DNA of 64,000 nt. Origin: Tetramitus jugosus (taxonomy: Eukaryota; Protista; Heterolobosea). Every line of letters begins with the position of its first letter. The stretch's first letter is position 1. Of the stretch, positions 11,801 to 22,600 are shown one piece after another. A program made the position numbers and the translations under genes. Location of the stretch: the NCBI GenBank assembly GCA_937625935.1, contig OW569395.1, positions 186,001 to 250,000 on the forward strand, given 5' to 3'. The notes under the pieces were generated by a model. The model made no database searches and had not been told where the DNA came from. It saw only the letters and a list, made by a program, of their open reading frames with translations.

Positions 11801-13642
11801 TTGGATTATAAGGTAGATCTAACATCTATCCCTGAACCCAAGTGGTTGAAACCAAGGTTTAATGTCTTGAAGTATGATCCGAAAAAGAAGTGGTCATCCA
11901 AAGCAAAAAGAGTCTGGGAGTTGGATTTCTTTGGAGGTCAATTCAAGAACATGGATACAAAGGGTGTAATCAAGAAGTGTCCCGAGCCAGCAAAATTGTA
12001 TCACTTGGAGAGAACACCATCTGATGCCACTCGTGTGAGAATGAACTTCTTCGAAAGTTCTCACAAGTATGAGTTGGTCTTTGACAATAATTTCCAGAGA
12101 GAACGTTTCTATGAATGTGCCCACGCTTTGAGGCCAACTTTCTATGTTTGGTGTCCAAATATATGTGCTCCAGGAGAAACTCGATGCAGAGCTGAAATAT
12201 CAGGGTCTTTCAACTTTGATTCTTTAGGTGTTCAACAAAAAGTTACCGGTACTTGTCACATCAATGTGACCTCAAAGCCTTACGAAACAATTTCAGTGTG
12301 GTGCGGAACTTGGAATATGGGAGGTACTACCCCACCAAAGGATCCCCGATTGATGAGAAAGTATATTCCTGCTAATAAGCATGATATTTACGCCATTGCT
12401 GTTCAAGATTCCGGTTACTCCAAGGATAGAAATGCCTTTATTGGATATCTGCAAGGAATTCTGGGAAAGTCAGAATATGTTGTGTTGACTTTCTTGACCT
12501 TGTGGGATATTCAACTCTGTATTGCTGTTCGAAAGCGTCACTTCACAAAGATTACAAATGTTCAAAGCGAGCAACGACCAACACAAATCACGAGTGCCGG
12601 TACCAAGGGTGGCGTGGGAGTGTCACTGACCTTCAACGAAACAAGTTTCTGTTTTATCTCTTCCCACTTGGTTCCTAACAGCTCTGACGACACACCGAAC
12701 AGATTCACGGATAACTCAAAGACCAGAAACCTCATGATTGAAGATATTCTAGGAAATTTGAAGCTGGGCAACAAATCTCTGGATATCAATGGACAATTTC
12801 ATCATGTCTTCCTGTTAGGAGACTTGAACTATCGCATTGAAATGCCTGCTGAAGAAGCTCTCCCATTGATATCCTCTGGTCAATATGATCAGTTGATCGA
12901 AAAGGATGAGTTGAGACAAGAAATGTCTTCTGGAAAGGTTCTTTGCGGTTTTAAGGAAGCTGATATCAAGTTCCAGCCTACATTTAAATTTGAGAAGGCA
13001 ACAATCACTTATGAAACCAAGAAACCAATTACTCCATCCTACTGCGATAGAATTTTATGGAAGAGTATGGCGAACAACACAGTGACCTGTGTGGACTATA
13101 AGGCTTGCACTGACTTGCTTGTGAGTGACCATCTTCCAGTGTCTGCTGTTTTCAAGATCAATACCATTCGTCCTTATGCTAGCACATTTGCCAAGGAACA
13201 AGAAACCTGCCAAATCATATTCGATAGTATTAAGGTTAAGCATAGAGAAGCCACCAAGGAGAACCAAATCAACAAACCAACACTGTCTTTTTATGCACCA
13301 TTCATTGACGACAATATCGTTGTGACCACCAAACAACCGAAGACTTACAACCCAGAGTTCTTGGCTTCTATGATTCCAATAATTGAACCATCGACAGGTC
13401 AGAAGGATTTCCTTAAATTGCAACATCTTGTTATTGCTCTAACCGATGGTCTTTCCAAAGACAACACTGACAATCTCCAAGGTACAGCTCTCTTGCCACT
13501 CAAGAATGGTTTGGATTCAACCAACAACGTCACAGTCACATTGGATCTTGTTAGGTTTGGAAAGAAGGTTGGAGATGTTGAGGTCACCTACAAGTATGTT
13601 TTCCGTCAAAAACAACAATCCAATGACGGTTCACTTTTCTAA
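5897..13642 (+). CDS. Giant (2581 aa) SHIP-like inositol polyphosphate 5-phosphatase with N-terminal coiled coil, tandem gamma-COP appendage domains, PH-like and C2-like domains
   Basis: 5-phosphatase motifs GTWNMG, KGGVGVS, SSHL, LLGDLNYRI, PSYCDRILW and SDHLPV (about 12290-13165). Upstream repeats resemble the gamma-COP C-terminus (NFDKRWEELGE...VCRSED; FSNLGIPHKSS...VIKHAF). Confidence 0.85.
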   Translation: MSSAEIPEQVAKLMKETGTNITNPKDLEALSKVSVRQLAKLFDELAKNSRASNLNKKSTADIFRSWTKAVVEQFHEGGEEQKKRVKTSAEMYLDRQNQILTDNEMKERREELVEIEGNIAKANAELDKLKVTLKESAAKNDKSAVEQIKRDMEDLKTSKRGDIEKSDKRKDVAFYKTIFYHKKRDNLVRKSDDDDKERDEDGKTEKEFVEDSLFQDKWNNAGGVDETTVIMEMNPSDCVEEAENKFLRSFGTDIQGTSSKSVSSSSFKCHKKGKKHPVVIRTVLERVDEEGVTRATITARCAGEFASNEIKENIEQSMDSLKEAEAAEAEKRYQSYDDRTETTSNIPLAGTKRLVDAWERMMQSVATDKAIYPVYTRGGREKGRSVMLGSDYKKHPVVLRSDLKNDGGVYSLDLSCKTPVGEEEEGKVLMEAVESVLFETGFEFVSKLNQSSLEVIVPGIPDVDDAVKRLIDGAGSQPVGGDHSTKTGELHFISKKNKRHPVFMKAVLDEDDDRVKIHLTLCGDDKGVVDEIAKGMKESVEREEDPAERFADEWDLAEENESHRIIDLNCEQNVDEATENFIQNTGIQVVGVVQQEKNDRLINFYGKNGTKKHPVLMRATIKRDEEGVVVADLKARGPSKKEIRADLDSLKESLASNDPLARFESEFENLGESSTRKEDIQIPRVSTLIDMFEKMGKAADSKPFVNRSDRKLGHIGFIGKKNPEHPVYMKGKAVKMEDGSYVAQVETRCNEEHARCEFLNRLKEDLFDNDWNKYGAATEKAKSVEMLADNIEDSIKQLSDATQSLPTSTRAIGNKTTVSIYGKRQGKHPIMMKAEIEQKSPGVFHTIVKARSDDNQFRDEMTSDVVTQLDPITTFDKVWDENKGSERADVVNLPNVRSLIEAFERLGKAADVPVAKRPGKVGQCAFFAKKNHKHPVLIKANVRENNDGTFSTELSSKSEDQQLLKVSIDELQDSLFQNEWQRLGEDLESFNQIEISGDSLDAAIRKVSNAAGTLPVGSIKTEGDKHIVSFYGKNNEKKPVLLRAEISSNGSGSFLAVVQARAEDEDARDEVSLGLKELLERGEDPASVFQDSWDQLHAHHQELTPYDLYSNDLNAATDKLIDDLSIIPAAPVNRDGEKNSVDFHGRDSDKPVLLRALIDKDGDGNVQVQVSGRSESADALSLSLKDVQEILESKDPNNVFERQWESLGEDKQHSNHIHFPNVKSLVDAMESLIHAANTDPIRRREDKKNGKCAFLKKTQKHPILIKAKVSEREPCEFVCTLEARSELPQEDILKEIDSLGGELFNNAWAELGEGTTHNKVVPFEGLDIDNILEILSKETTLTPIGDLRKGHKSLNLIGKMNKKHPLLLKADFTKDTDGKVICCLSSVCDDESERLEAVGSIDDLLEKISNPLFRAALAKSNQFSNLGIPHKSSEPEMMTKKDDDIAITVIKHAFKDNAVIEIACKPIDPLETKLDYTKVSFGNEGTIRPVKQSTTKNGTGFNTFAEMGGVPGDIEGTLVTLATTNLNSGESKKSIIPLDIITITPGDFVRDSIVNFDKRWEELGENFDNEYITQFDFSTKDDVKSAVPKTIEYCPLMAINKDDKIDGDKHILKFSGAAPKRDGIDPNVLMQCTVYKDPEGNISLMAVCRSEDEVARVDIPEELIQKLRVNKSKLESDLFRDILSQHPKIAELGVPHKSSPAIHLLSNIDYRIAVTKHSYAEHVVLQFDYQNQASVSELNNILTKCKEGNPFINDRDGLIFERAIKTGVTPTGSTSYGFIRLKKVESSHFASGTFLTHTKFESQKMDSEVTRAGEIATVELDLSPFKMYTMDYLANKHVDDVAELFKSLENESCKRAIKLERLSFEEVRDRVLRAACLNLADYEAKGIGGCLKFSGELVDGEHVLLEAVVSPLDEESCLIELTGRSTVPLLRESFLRDVEELIKCPLVVVIEEKDNNGQEESRKGRKPLLDYKVDLTSIPEPKWLKPRFNVLKYDPKKKWSSKAKRVWELDFFGGQFKNMDTKGVIKKCPEPAKLYHLERTPSDATRVRMNFFESSHKYELVFDNNFQRERFYECAHALRPTFYVWCPNICAPGETRCRAEISGSFNFDSLGVQQKVTGTCHINVTSKPYETISVWCGTWNMGGTTPPKDPRLMRKYIPANKHDIYAIAVQDSGYSKDRNAFIGYLQGILGKSEYVVLTFLTLWDIQLCIAVRKRHFTKITNVQSEQRPTQITSAGTKGGVGVSLTFNETSFCFISSHLVPNSSDDTPNRFTDNSKTRNLMIEDILGNLKLGNKSLDINGQFHHVFLLGDLNYRIEMPAEEALPLISSGQYDQLIEKDELRQEMSSGKVLCGFKEADIKFQPTFKFEKATITYETKKPITPSYCDRILWKSMANNTVTCVDYKACTDLLVSDHLPVSAVFKINTIRPYASTFAKEQETCQIIFDSIKVKHREATKENQINKPTLSFYAPFIDDNIVVTTKQPKTYNPEFLASMIPIIEPSTGQKDFLKLQHLVIALTDGLSKDNTDNLQGTALLPLKNGLDSTNNVTVTLDLVRFGKKVGDVEVTYKYVFRQKQQSNDGSLF
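6530..11725 (+). repeat. Protein-level tandem array: 11 consecutive ~105-110-aa platform repeats followed by two Ig-like + platform appendages
   Basis: Recurrent F-x3-W/F start, K-[KH]-P-[VIL]-x2-[KR]-A core and AR[SC][ED] end, counted 11 times from 6530 to 10120. Two more platforms follow the LG[IV]PHKSS Ig-like units. Confidence 0.8.
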
Positions 13643-13726
13643 TGGATCTCATGACAATAAACCCGCTTTTCCCGCCGAAAGTTGTTGCCGTTTTCAACTA
13701 CCATTACAAGTGTTTAAAAACAAAGA

Positions 13727-15204
13727 ATGAATCCGACTACTACTTCTAAATGGGAAGTGTATGATAATAATCTTCATGGTGTTCCTGATACTGTAGAGGA
13801 TGAAGGTGGCTATCATCAGCAAATGGACCTTAGCGCACTAGAGGACAGAATTCGAACGGTAACTTTTCAGAAGAGGATCAGAATCAATGAGTTTTTCAAA
13901 GATTTTGATCCTTTGAGATCTGGTTACGTATCTCAACCACAATTTAGAAGATGTCTCAACATGTGTGGAGTGAATTTAACCAACGTAGAAGCTCAGTTGC
14001 TATTGGATACGTACCTCGACAAAGAACGACAAAAGGTTCATTATGTCAGATTTACTGACAATATTGATCAAGGTAACCATGAATACGTTCTTCAATTTTT
14101 CTAGAGTTGAATGAAACTAATCTTGTTCCATAATCTTCAGTGTTCACGGTGAAAAATTTGGAGAAGAAACCTCTCGAGAGTTTGTTTACCATTCAACCTG
14201 TACTACAAGCCACACGTACACCAAAGGAACCGCAAACATATTCCGTCACTGAGTTGAGAGAGTTATTAGAGAGGTTGAAGAGAGAAGCAAGTATCATGGG
14301 ATATGTGGTGAAACACTTCTTTTATGATTTTGACCTTCACAACCATGGTGTAGTGACAAGATGTCAGTTCATCCAATGTATCCCCTTCCGAAATTTGAAT
14401 GAAAAGGAAATGAGAATTATTTTGGAGAGATACACGACATCTTCAGGCGATGTAAATTACATGCTTTTCCACAATGAAATTGAAGGAGATGATGAATCTA
14501 ATATTGTCATTAAATCGTCTCGTGGGGGACAAACAACTGGTTCCGATGCTTGTCATTTGGAAGCAGAGAGCGTTGAAGATTTGATCCGAAAACAGTTGTT
14601 GAAGTACAATCTTAAGCTGGAAGAAGTGTTCCGAGATTTTGATCCTTTACGATCTGGTTTCATTACCAAGCCTCAATTTATATCTTCGTTGGGTACTATC
14701 AAGTTCCACAAGTTGATTTTCTCAGAGAAGGAGTTAAATTCAGTCGCAGAAAAGTACCGAGTGGAAGATGACAATTCCAGGTCGAGGGTAGCATACATGG
14801 AGTTTCTCACAAATATGAACAAGGTATTTAACTATTCCAATCTTGAAAAGTATCCTCAGAGAAGGTTTGAACAACCCAATCACTTGTTGAAAACTTGCAA
14901 GCAATCTTTGAACCAACAATCGATGAGTGACTTGGAAGAGATATTGGCCCGAATTAAGCATGCAACACTGACAAAGAGGATCCTACTAAAGCCCTTCTTC
15001 CAAGATTTTGACAAGACATTGAAGGGAACCTTTTCAACCAAGCATGTGACAAAAACAAGGTTCGAGAGAGTGCTAGCTATGATTGGTATGACTCTGACCG
15101 TAGATCAGTACAACCTCTTGACGAGAAGATACGATGATTTAAACGATGGAACGGTTAATTATGTTATGTTCTTGGAAGACGTTGATGAAGTATCAATGGA
15201 CTGA
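13727..15204 (+). CDS. Multi-EF-hand protein, two exons (13727-14072, 14141-15204; 469 aa); resembles ciliary EFCAB6/FAP115-type proteins
   Basis: Four FF[KRYQ]DFD units, for example FFKDFDPLRSGYV and VFRDFDPLRSGFI. Phase-1 intron 14073-14140 (GTAACC...ACTAA...TTCAG) restores the frame. Confidence 0.75.
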
Positions 15205-15416
15205 TGGATGCAAAAAACAGGTTCGGGTGATCATTTGTATCATGTAGTTGTATTCAATGTTTATGTTCAAATTGTCAAATAAAATTGCCCCAGTTTCTTG
15301 TACATCCATCAGATAACTCCTTCACCTCCTTCATAAAATGAATGATGAGAGCCCAAATCATCATTCCGGAGAGGAACGTGCATATGTTTTAAAGTGTATC
15401 AACAGATCTATTTCAT

Positions 15417-18400
15417 TCAGTCGTCCAGATCTAGATTGTAACGTTTATACATTTCCTTGGTTGTTGTTCCTTCCAACTCTGCCAATCTTCCGAAAATATT
15501 CTGAGCAGCATCCTTCAAGTCATTGTATTGATGCAAAGAAACAATTAACTCATTGAGCTGATGGTCATGCTCCTGTTTCTCTGCAGTCAACTCCTCAATC
15601 TCTGCATCCATCTGAGCCAATTCCTTTTTCAACACTTGTACTAGTTCCATTTCTTCAGATGTCAATTGAATCCTCTTGAAACTGATTTTAGGGAGAGAAA
15701 GAGAATCAGAAGTGCTGTTGCTTTCTTTCGTCATTGATGATTCTGTTTGCTTCTCATTGATATTCTTAAAAGTTGTTTGTTTCAACTTTACCACTTTTTC
15801 AATGAGTGGTTCCTCAGTTTGAGTCTTGGTTCTTGGTGGTTTGAACTTGTTTCTCTTCTTCTGAATGGATTGTTGCTCGGCGTTGGTATCGTTTGACGGC
15901 CCTTGACATGTTCGTTTGACTTTTTCTTCTTCCACCAACTAAAGTACCAATATTGCAAAAGTGATCATGTTAATGAGACAACAAAAGGAGAAATGAAATC
16001 AATGCCTATACGTACTCTTTGATAAGAAGGAGAAACTTCGATTGGATCATAAAAAGAGTGCAACTTTTTGGCAGCACTCAAATACATTCCAAAACCATGT
16101 GCCAATGTGTTTGAGCATGGATCGTTCTCCTTTTGGATTCTTGGTCTTTTGGCAGCTGAAGAAGGAGGAGGCATCGTTGCACTATCGTCTTCTTCTTCTT
16201 CTTCATTCTGAACCCAGACAACTTCTTCTTCTTGTTGCTCTGCTTGTTGAGTTTGTGCCATGTCATATTCAGGAAACACTGGATTTCTCATCATCTCATC
16301 ATCTTCACCATCATCTGACGATGACAATAGCAATTGGTGGTGATTAATTTCTCCAGTAGCAGTAGCAGTAGCAGTAGGAGTCGAAAAAACATGATCAATC
16401 ATCTGAGAATGAAAGAATCCTAGTTGAGTACCAGATTGTACATCAATCGTCAACTGTTGTGGAAGTGTTGTTGTTGTTCCAACCAAGTGACAACCGCTCA
16501 CTTGTCCATCTAATACAATTTGATGATGATTCTGTTCCGTGTGGTGTACTTGTTCTTCATAGTCGTCATCATCATTCATTGCTTCACTATTCATGAATCT
16601 CATGTTATTGTTAGTGTCATCATGATTTTCAATGAGATTCGATTCAACAACCTCTTCTTGTTCTTCCTGTGGAGCTTCTTCATCATTCCCATCTTGTTGA
16701 TTGTTGTCTTGTTCTGTCACAGGGTATTGTTGTTCTTGTTGTTCTTGTTGTTGTTCTTCACAATTATTATGATAATGATCCATCATGACATCATCAGGTG
16801 AAAATTGAATCAATGGTTCATTATCATCACAATGATGTGGCACAATTGCAAGTACTGATTCTTGTGGTTCTGCTTCGTCTTGTCGTTGCAAGAATGAGTC
16901 GTTGTTGTGGTGTCTCAATCGTTGAGAGTGCACTGATAGAGGTGCACCACATGTTGTATCATTTTCTTGAGCAACAACAACAACAACAGCCACATTATTC
17001 ATAGTACTAGTACGTATCATTACATCAGAGAATGGATGACTAGTGTGACAATTGTTGATACTATTGTTGTTATGGTGGTTGTCATTGATAATTGTTGTTG
17101 GAGTGAACATGGTGGTGGATACTGGTGTTTCGTTGTTGCTGTTGTTGTTGTTGTTATCATCATTCACAGTTCCCATATCAAGTGAATTGTTCGTGCTTGG
17201 AGCGTCGTCAACAACAGCAATGAAATGATTCTCATCCTTGTGAGATTCATGATGATCAGTAAAAGTAGTCACTACAGGTTCAGCATCCACAATAGTAGTG
17301 GTTGATACATCATCATCAATCTTCCTGTTGTTGTTGCTGTCATACGATGAAGAGGCCACAACAGGCAACAATGGAGTTTGTTCATCTGACTGTTGTAGTA
17401 CTACTTCTTTGACTACTTGTTTCATCATTTCATTATCCTTTATCACACAATTACTATCATTCCATTGCTGTTCTTCTTCTTCTTCTTCTGGCTGATGCTG
17501 TTGTTGTTGTTGTTCAATGATGATGCTAGTAGTTGTTGATGTTGTTGTTGCTGATTCCTCTACACTGCGAGTACTCACCACAGATGATGCGCCAACATCA
17601 ACAACATCAACATCAACAACTACAGTATCAACACTCTTGGTAGATTCATCAGTAGTGGCAGCAGCAATTGTTGTTGTTGTTGTAGTTGTGGAAGTATCAG
17701 AAGCTGCAGTAGGAAGCAAAGAAGTAGTAGTAGTAGCAGTAGTAGTTGCAGCAACTGGTTTCCTGAGCCAATCAAAATTGAGATTCATTTTTGGCATGAA
17801 TGAAAAGGTGTGGTGATGTGGATTACTACTCAACTTGACATGATTCATCGAAACACGTGAATTGTGATGATAGTTGGTAGTGTTACTATCGTTGTTGTTA
17901 TTGTTGTCATTGTCATTGGTAGTGCTCATTGCTGGAAACCATAGAGAAGAAGCATGATTGTTGTTGTTGTTGGTTTCTTGCACAAGAGTCGACATGGTTG
18001 TTGTTGTTGTATTCTCATGAATCACATGAACATTACTACTATTATTACTAGTTGGTCTCTCAGTATCAATGGCAGCAGCTGCAGCAGTTGAAGGTTGTTC
18101 AGTCGTATCCATAGTCGTTGTATTCTTAATCGTATCAATAGTGGTAGTAGATGAAAAAGAATGTGAAAATGGATGTTGTTGTTTGAGACGTTGTGCTTCT
18201 CTTTGAAACTCTTGCATCTCATTGTCATCTTCATCATTCTCACAGCTGCTACTACTACCCTTCTGATTCTTGTTATTGTTGTATTCGTCGTTACCTTCAT
18301 TATCAAAGTACACGAATGGATCTTCTTGTTGATCATCATTATTTATGTGCTCAATATTTTTGTTGTTGTTGTTGTGGTGGTGGTGGTGGTCGTCGTGTGT

Positions 18401-18784
18401 TTTTTTGTATTCTGTTTGGATGTTGAGAGAGTGATGATGGATAGCGTTATCCATCATGTTATCCTCATCATCATCATCATCGAAATCATTCATAGTATCA
18501 TTCATTGTATCTAACAGTAGTGGTGATGGTGATGGTGATGATAAAAAGTTGTTGTCATCATCCACGTATTCACTTGTTGTTGCGTTTTTTGTATCATGCT
18601 GGTTGTTGGTGTTACGAGTGAGTGGGTGGTATTGAGTGTAATGGAAATCAAAGGGATCATGGTACGATTGTTCATCTTCTTCTTGCATTGCTTTTGTTGT
18701 TGTTTCTATGTTGTCGTTTATCATTGTTGTTAGGTGTCGTTTTTTATTGTATTGTTTTTTTGTATTGTTAAGAAATGGGAGCAT
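15417..18784 (-). CDS. SWI5: Swi5/Sae3 DNA-repair protein, predicted to be spliced to a ~920-aa low-complexity first exon (18784-16016, 15938-15417)
   Basis: C-terminal Swi5 signature LHQYNDLKDAAQNIFGRLAELEGTTTKEMYKRYNL. Phase-0 intron 16015-15939 (GTACGT...ATTAAC...TTTAG). The Swi5 domain is confident; the fusion and start codon are less so. Confidence 0.65.
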
Positions 18785-19685
18785 TTCGAACAGTGTTGTC
18801 AATGGCCGAGTTTCTCCGATGAAATAACCCTTTCTCTTGTTGTTCAAAACTTGCAGTTTAATAGGGTAGGAACGTTCTGGTTCTGGGCTGGATGCTTCAA
18901 AGTTTGATGGCGCATTCCAAAGATGGATAGAGATTAATGGAACAATAAGAATTGTTACAATTTATTCAGAGGAGCAAATTTAAGCAGATCTCTTGACGGC
19001 AGTCTTCTTATCAGAAGCGCCTTCCTTCATAGCAAGGCTTCTCCATTCAGAACGGATTCCAAACCCTTTTGACCAGTCCATGAGACAGGACTATCCCAAA
19101 AACAACCAAACAAGAGATCTCTATTGAAACTTAGGATAGGTTGATGGGGCCAGAAACTCAGAATTTCTGCACTTTGACAAGTCTTATAAGTACTTTTGAT
19201 CAATGAAAATACAAAGTACTCTAATTATTAACAATAATTTAAATAAGAATTACGTTAAACAAGATAAAATTGACATTAACATCATTAAGAAATATATAAT
19301 GTATAATCAATTTTTAATATTTTTTGGTTGGATCAAGTTTAAAGATCGTTGATATCTTATTAAGGAGTTGCATCACACAAATGACGAACGTGTTGCTCTG
19401 AAGAGTTGCGTTTCTTCCAATCGGAATTGTTTTCTTTTTTGTTCGCTCGTGTCTGTCAAGATAGCACGGAGAACGAGAATTTCAACACAATTAGTTTATA
19501 AGCATGAAGATTGATACATATGCTTATTTAATAGATTCCTCTAACTTTGGATTTTGACCTATTCCGAAGGTCTATTCTATCTTTGCTCAATCTTGCAGCA
19601 TGACCTGGACAGTAAAGAAGAGAGTGGACAGTAATTTTTCAAGGAAAATTGCAGGAATAAAACCTTAGAAAGTCTTCCCTCACAG

Positions 19686-22600
19686 TTACCAACCAAAAAC
19701 CTTGCTCTTTTTCTTTTCTTTTTTGTACTTCTTTACCTGGTCTTCCATCTGTTTGTCATACTTTTGTCTTGTCTTCTTACTAATTTTGTTGTACTCGTAG
19801 GTGCTGTGTGCTTCTCCCACATTTTCCTTTCGAATCATCCTGAGTTCTTTTTCTTCCCTTGCTCTCCTCTCCAAATCTTCATAATCGTGGGAGTAAAAAG
19901 CTTCAATTCCTTCCATGGCACTGTTGATCATATTACCAAAGAGTTGAATTGATTCCTTCTCCATCTTCCGTTTCATAATTGTTTGGTACTTTCCTACTTC
20001 TTCTCTCTCCTTCTGCCTTCTTTTTCTTGTCATATCATGACACTTGGTGTACAACCTGACAGCAATGTAATCAATGAGTTGGTCATCATGCCAACAAAAC
20101 TCTAGCCTCCTCATGCGTTCTCTCACAAACTCTTTCATCTGAGAGGGTGAAAGTTCAGCGAGGTGTTTTGTCCATAGGAAATTCATCTTCCACGTAGTTG
20201 CCTTGTTTGTTCTACTGTCAACATCTACAGTTCGTGCGTGCTGACCCATATCACTCGCTGGACTACCTGTCGTCATCAAATCTAGAACGGAATAGTTGAT
20301 CATCGTTTCTTCTTCGTCGTGCCTGTTCGAGCTGTTGAAAGATGGATAAAGAGGTGACTCATCCACACCAAAACAATCTTCTTTGCTAGTAAATTCAATT
20401 TCAAGCATATCATCCGTCGATCCTTTGTATGTTATCTTGGGTAATTTGTCAGTTAGTGCAGTTAACACCATTTTCTTAAAGTCAGATTTGTTCTGGTCGT
20501 ACTTCTTCAAACAACTTCTGTTAGCTCTTGTGTACATGAGCAAAGAATCAACAAGAGCAGCTCCATTGCACTCCTCACATGACATAGTGTGATAGAGATT
20601 CGATGGTAGTACCAAGTGTTCTTTCAAGTAATCACGCGTATGTACAGTAAGTGTCGTAACAGTTTCAAACTGTTGAAAGATAGGTTTCCAGACATGGACC
20701 ATATCCAACTCCCATTCTTTCAATTCCTCCTCCGTTTCATCACCAACACTTGACCCACTATTAGGTGATGCTTGCGCTATTTGAGAATCATCTGAAACAA
20801 TAATACTATCAAATGTTTCTTTCTCTTCACCAGATGGTAATTCTCCCAGAAAGGAAGAAACTTGACTGCTCAATGATTCCTTACTCTCAAAATCATTATT
20901 CATCGCTAATTGCATTAAAATACTTACATCTCCGATATCCGGGTCAGAATTTTGTTGAAAGAGATACTTCTTTGATCCAGTCAAATCCCTTCTCTTCCTC
21001 CTTCCCTTGTGAATTCTTTTGTAGAATTCAGACATATTCATCTCGTATCCAATAGCTGTGGATTCCCAAGGATCCAAACCCTTGATAACCACGTTTGAAA
21101 ATTCTAGGGATGGCGTCTCGAAATGCTGTGCCAGATCCGTAAGAAAAACCTTGTTAAATACAAAGCTGAGTGAATCTGCCGAAACCAGGTCCTTGTTCCT
21201 TTCAACCAGCTTTTCAAACTGAGAGTACATTGTACACCTCGATATTGGAATTCGAAGAATGATAAGAATGGAAGAGCAAAGAGCTGTCATGACCTTGATA
21301 TCGAATTGAGAGATAACAAGTTGGTCCAGAATGAAAATCACAGAATCTCTATCCAAGATTCCAACATAGAGAGTCAAAAATCCCTTTAGCATCTGATTCA
21401 TCAACCATTCCATCTTGGACGATTCTTCTGCATTCTCCATCTCTTCTGATTCTTCTTCCTTATCACTCAGGTCACAATATTCTGACGATTCGTCACAGGT
21501 CATCTCATCATTCTCCGTGTCAGAATCCTCTGTTGATATCTTGGCAAACTTGTTGTACAAGTACCTATACAAGTAACGGTCTTTGTCCCTGATACTGGTT
21601 CGAACAGCAGATAATAATAAAGATGATAGATCCTGATTCAATCTATGCTGGTTCAAGTAGTGCACAAGAATGGACAATCTTTCCGCTACTTCCCTCTGTT
21701 CAAATCTCTCGTAATACACCCATACAAGTGGTATACACAAGTACCCCATTTGAAGCGTTCGAGTCACTAAATCTCCTTCCAAACCTTGTTCGATACTCTC
21801 GGGTTCAATGATAGTGGCACAATACTCTATCGCCCGGTGTATACACCTCGTCTCCACTCTTGCCATCTCTGATTTGAAAAGAGGCGATTTGGCCAACTCC
21901 TCCATTGCTCTCGAGACTACTTTGTGCAAAAAGATGGATAATGTGCCTGTTTGTTGTTCGTCGTAGTTGTCAAAGAAGTCGTTCCTAATTGTGTTCTGTT
22001 CCAAGTCACCATACTTCAACGAACTGGTGTAAAGGTAAAAACGAAGAATGTTTGGTATTTCATGACTCATCAGAGGCAGTAGAAACTTTTTCATCATTCC
22101 ATAGGGATACTTTAACAATAAGACACACATAGGATACAATGGATTCAACTCCTCGCTAACCGTAGGAACCGGATTACGCTCTCTTTCCAGGGAAACGAGA
22201 TCAAGATGCGATATCACTGTAGGATTGCTTTCTGAATCATTATGAGGCATAGATGTTGATCTTGATGCTAGGAACTCGTGTATGTCTGTTTTAAACTCTC
22301 TGATTAGATTTTGTTGAATCTTGTTAGCCATTCTTCTCTGGTTTCTCCTTTCTTCGTTCGTACTTGATACACTGATCGTCACACTGTTGGCATGCCCAAT
22401 GTTCGTGTTCGGTACAGAAGAAGCAACTTCTTCACTCCTAATATTCACACTTACTGGAGGTTCGAATAGCGTATGTACCACTTGGTCATGAATTTGTTGA
22501 TTCAATTGATGCAGTGAGCTCTTATTCACCAGCTGACTTCGAAATTGCTCAATTAATTGATTGACACGAGGTGATGCATCAAACAACTCCTTCTTCTCTG

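Noticed and set aside
18960-19685. Possible snRNA/snoRNA or upstream exon in the longest host intergenic gap
   Set aside because: No recognisable U-snRNA sequence or properly spaced C/D boxes; short frames are interrupted by stops.
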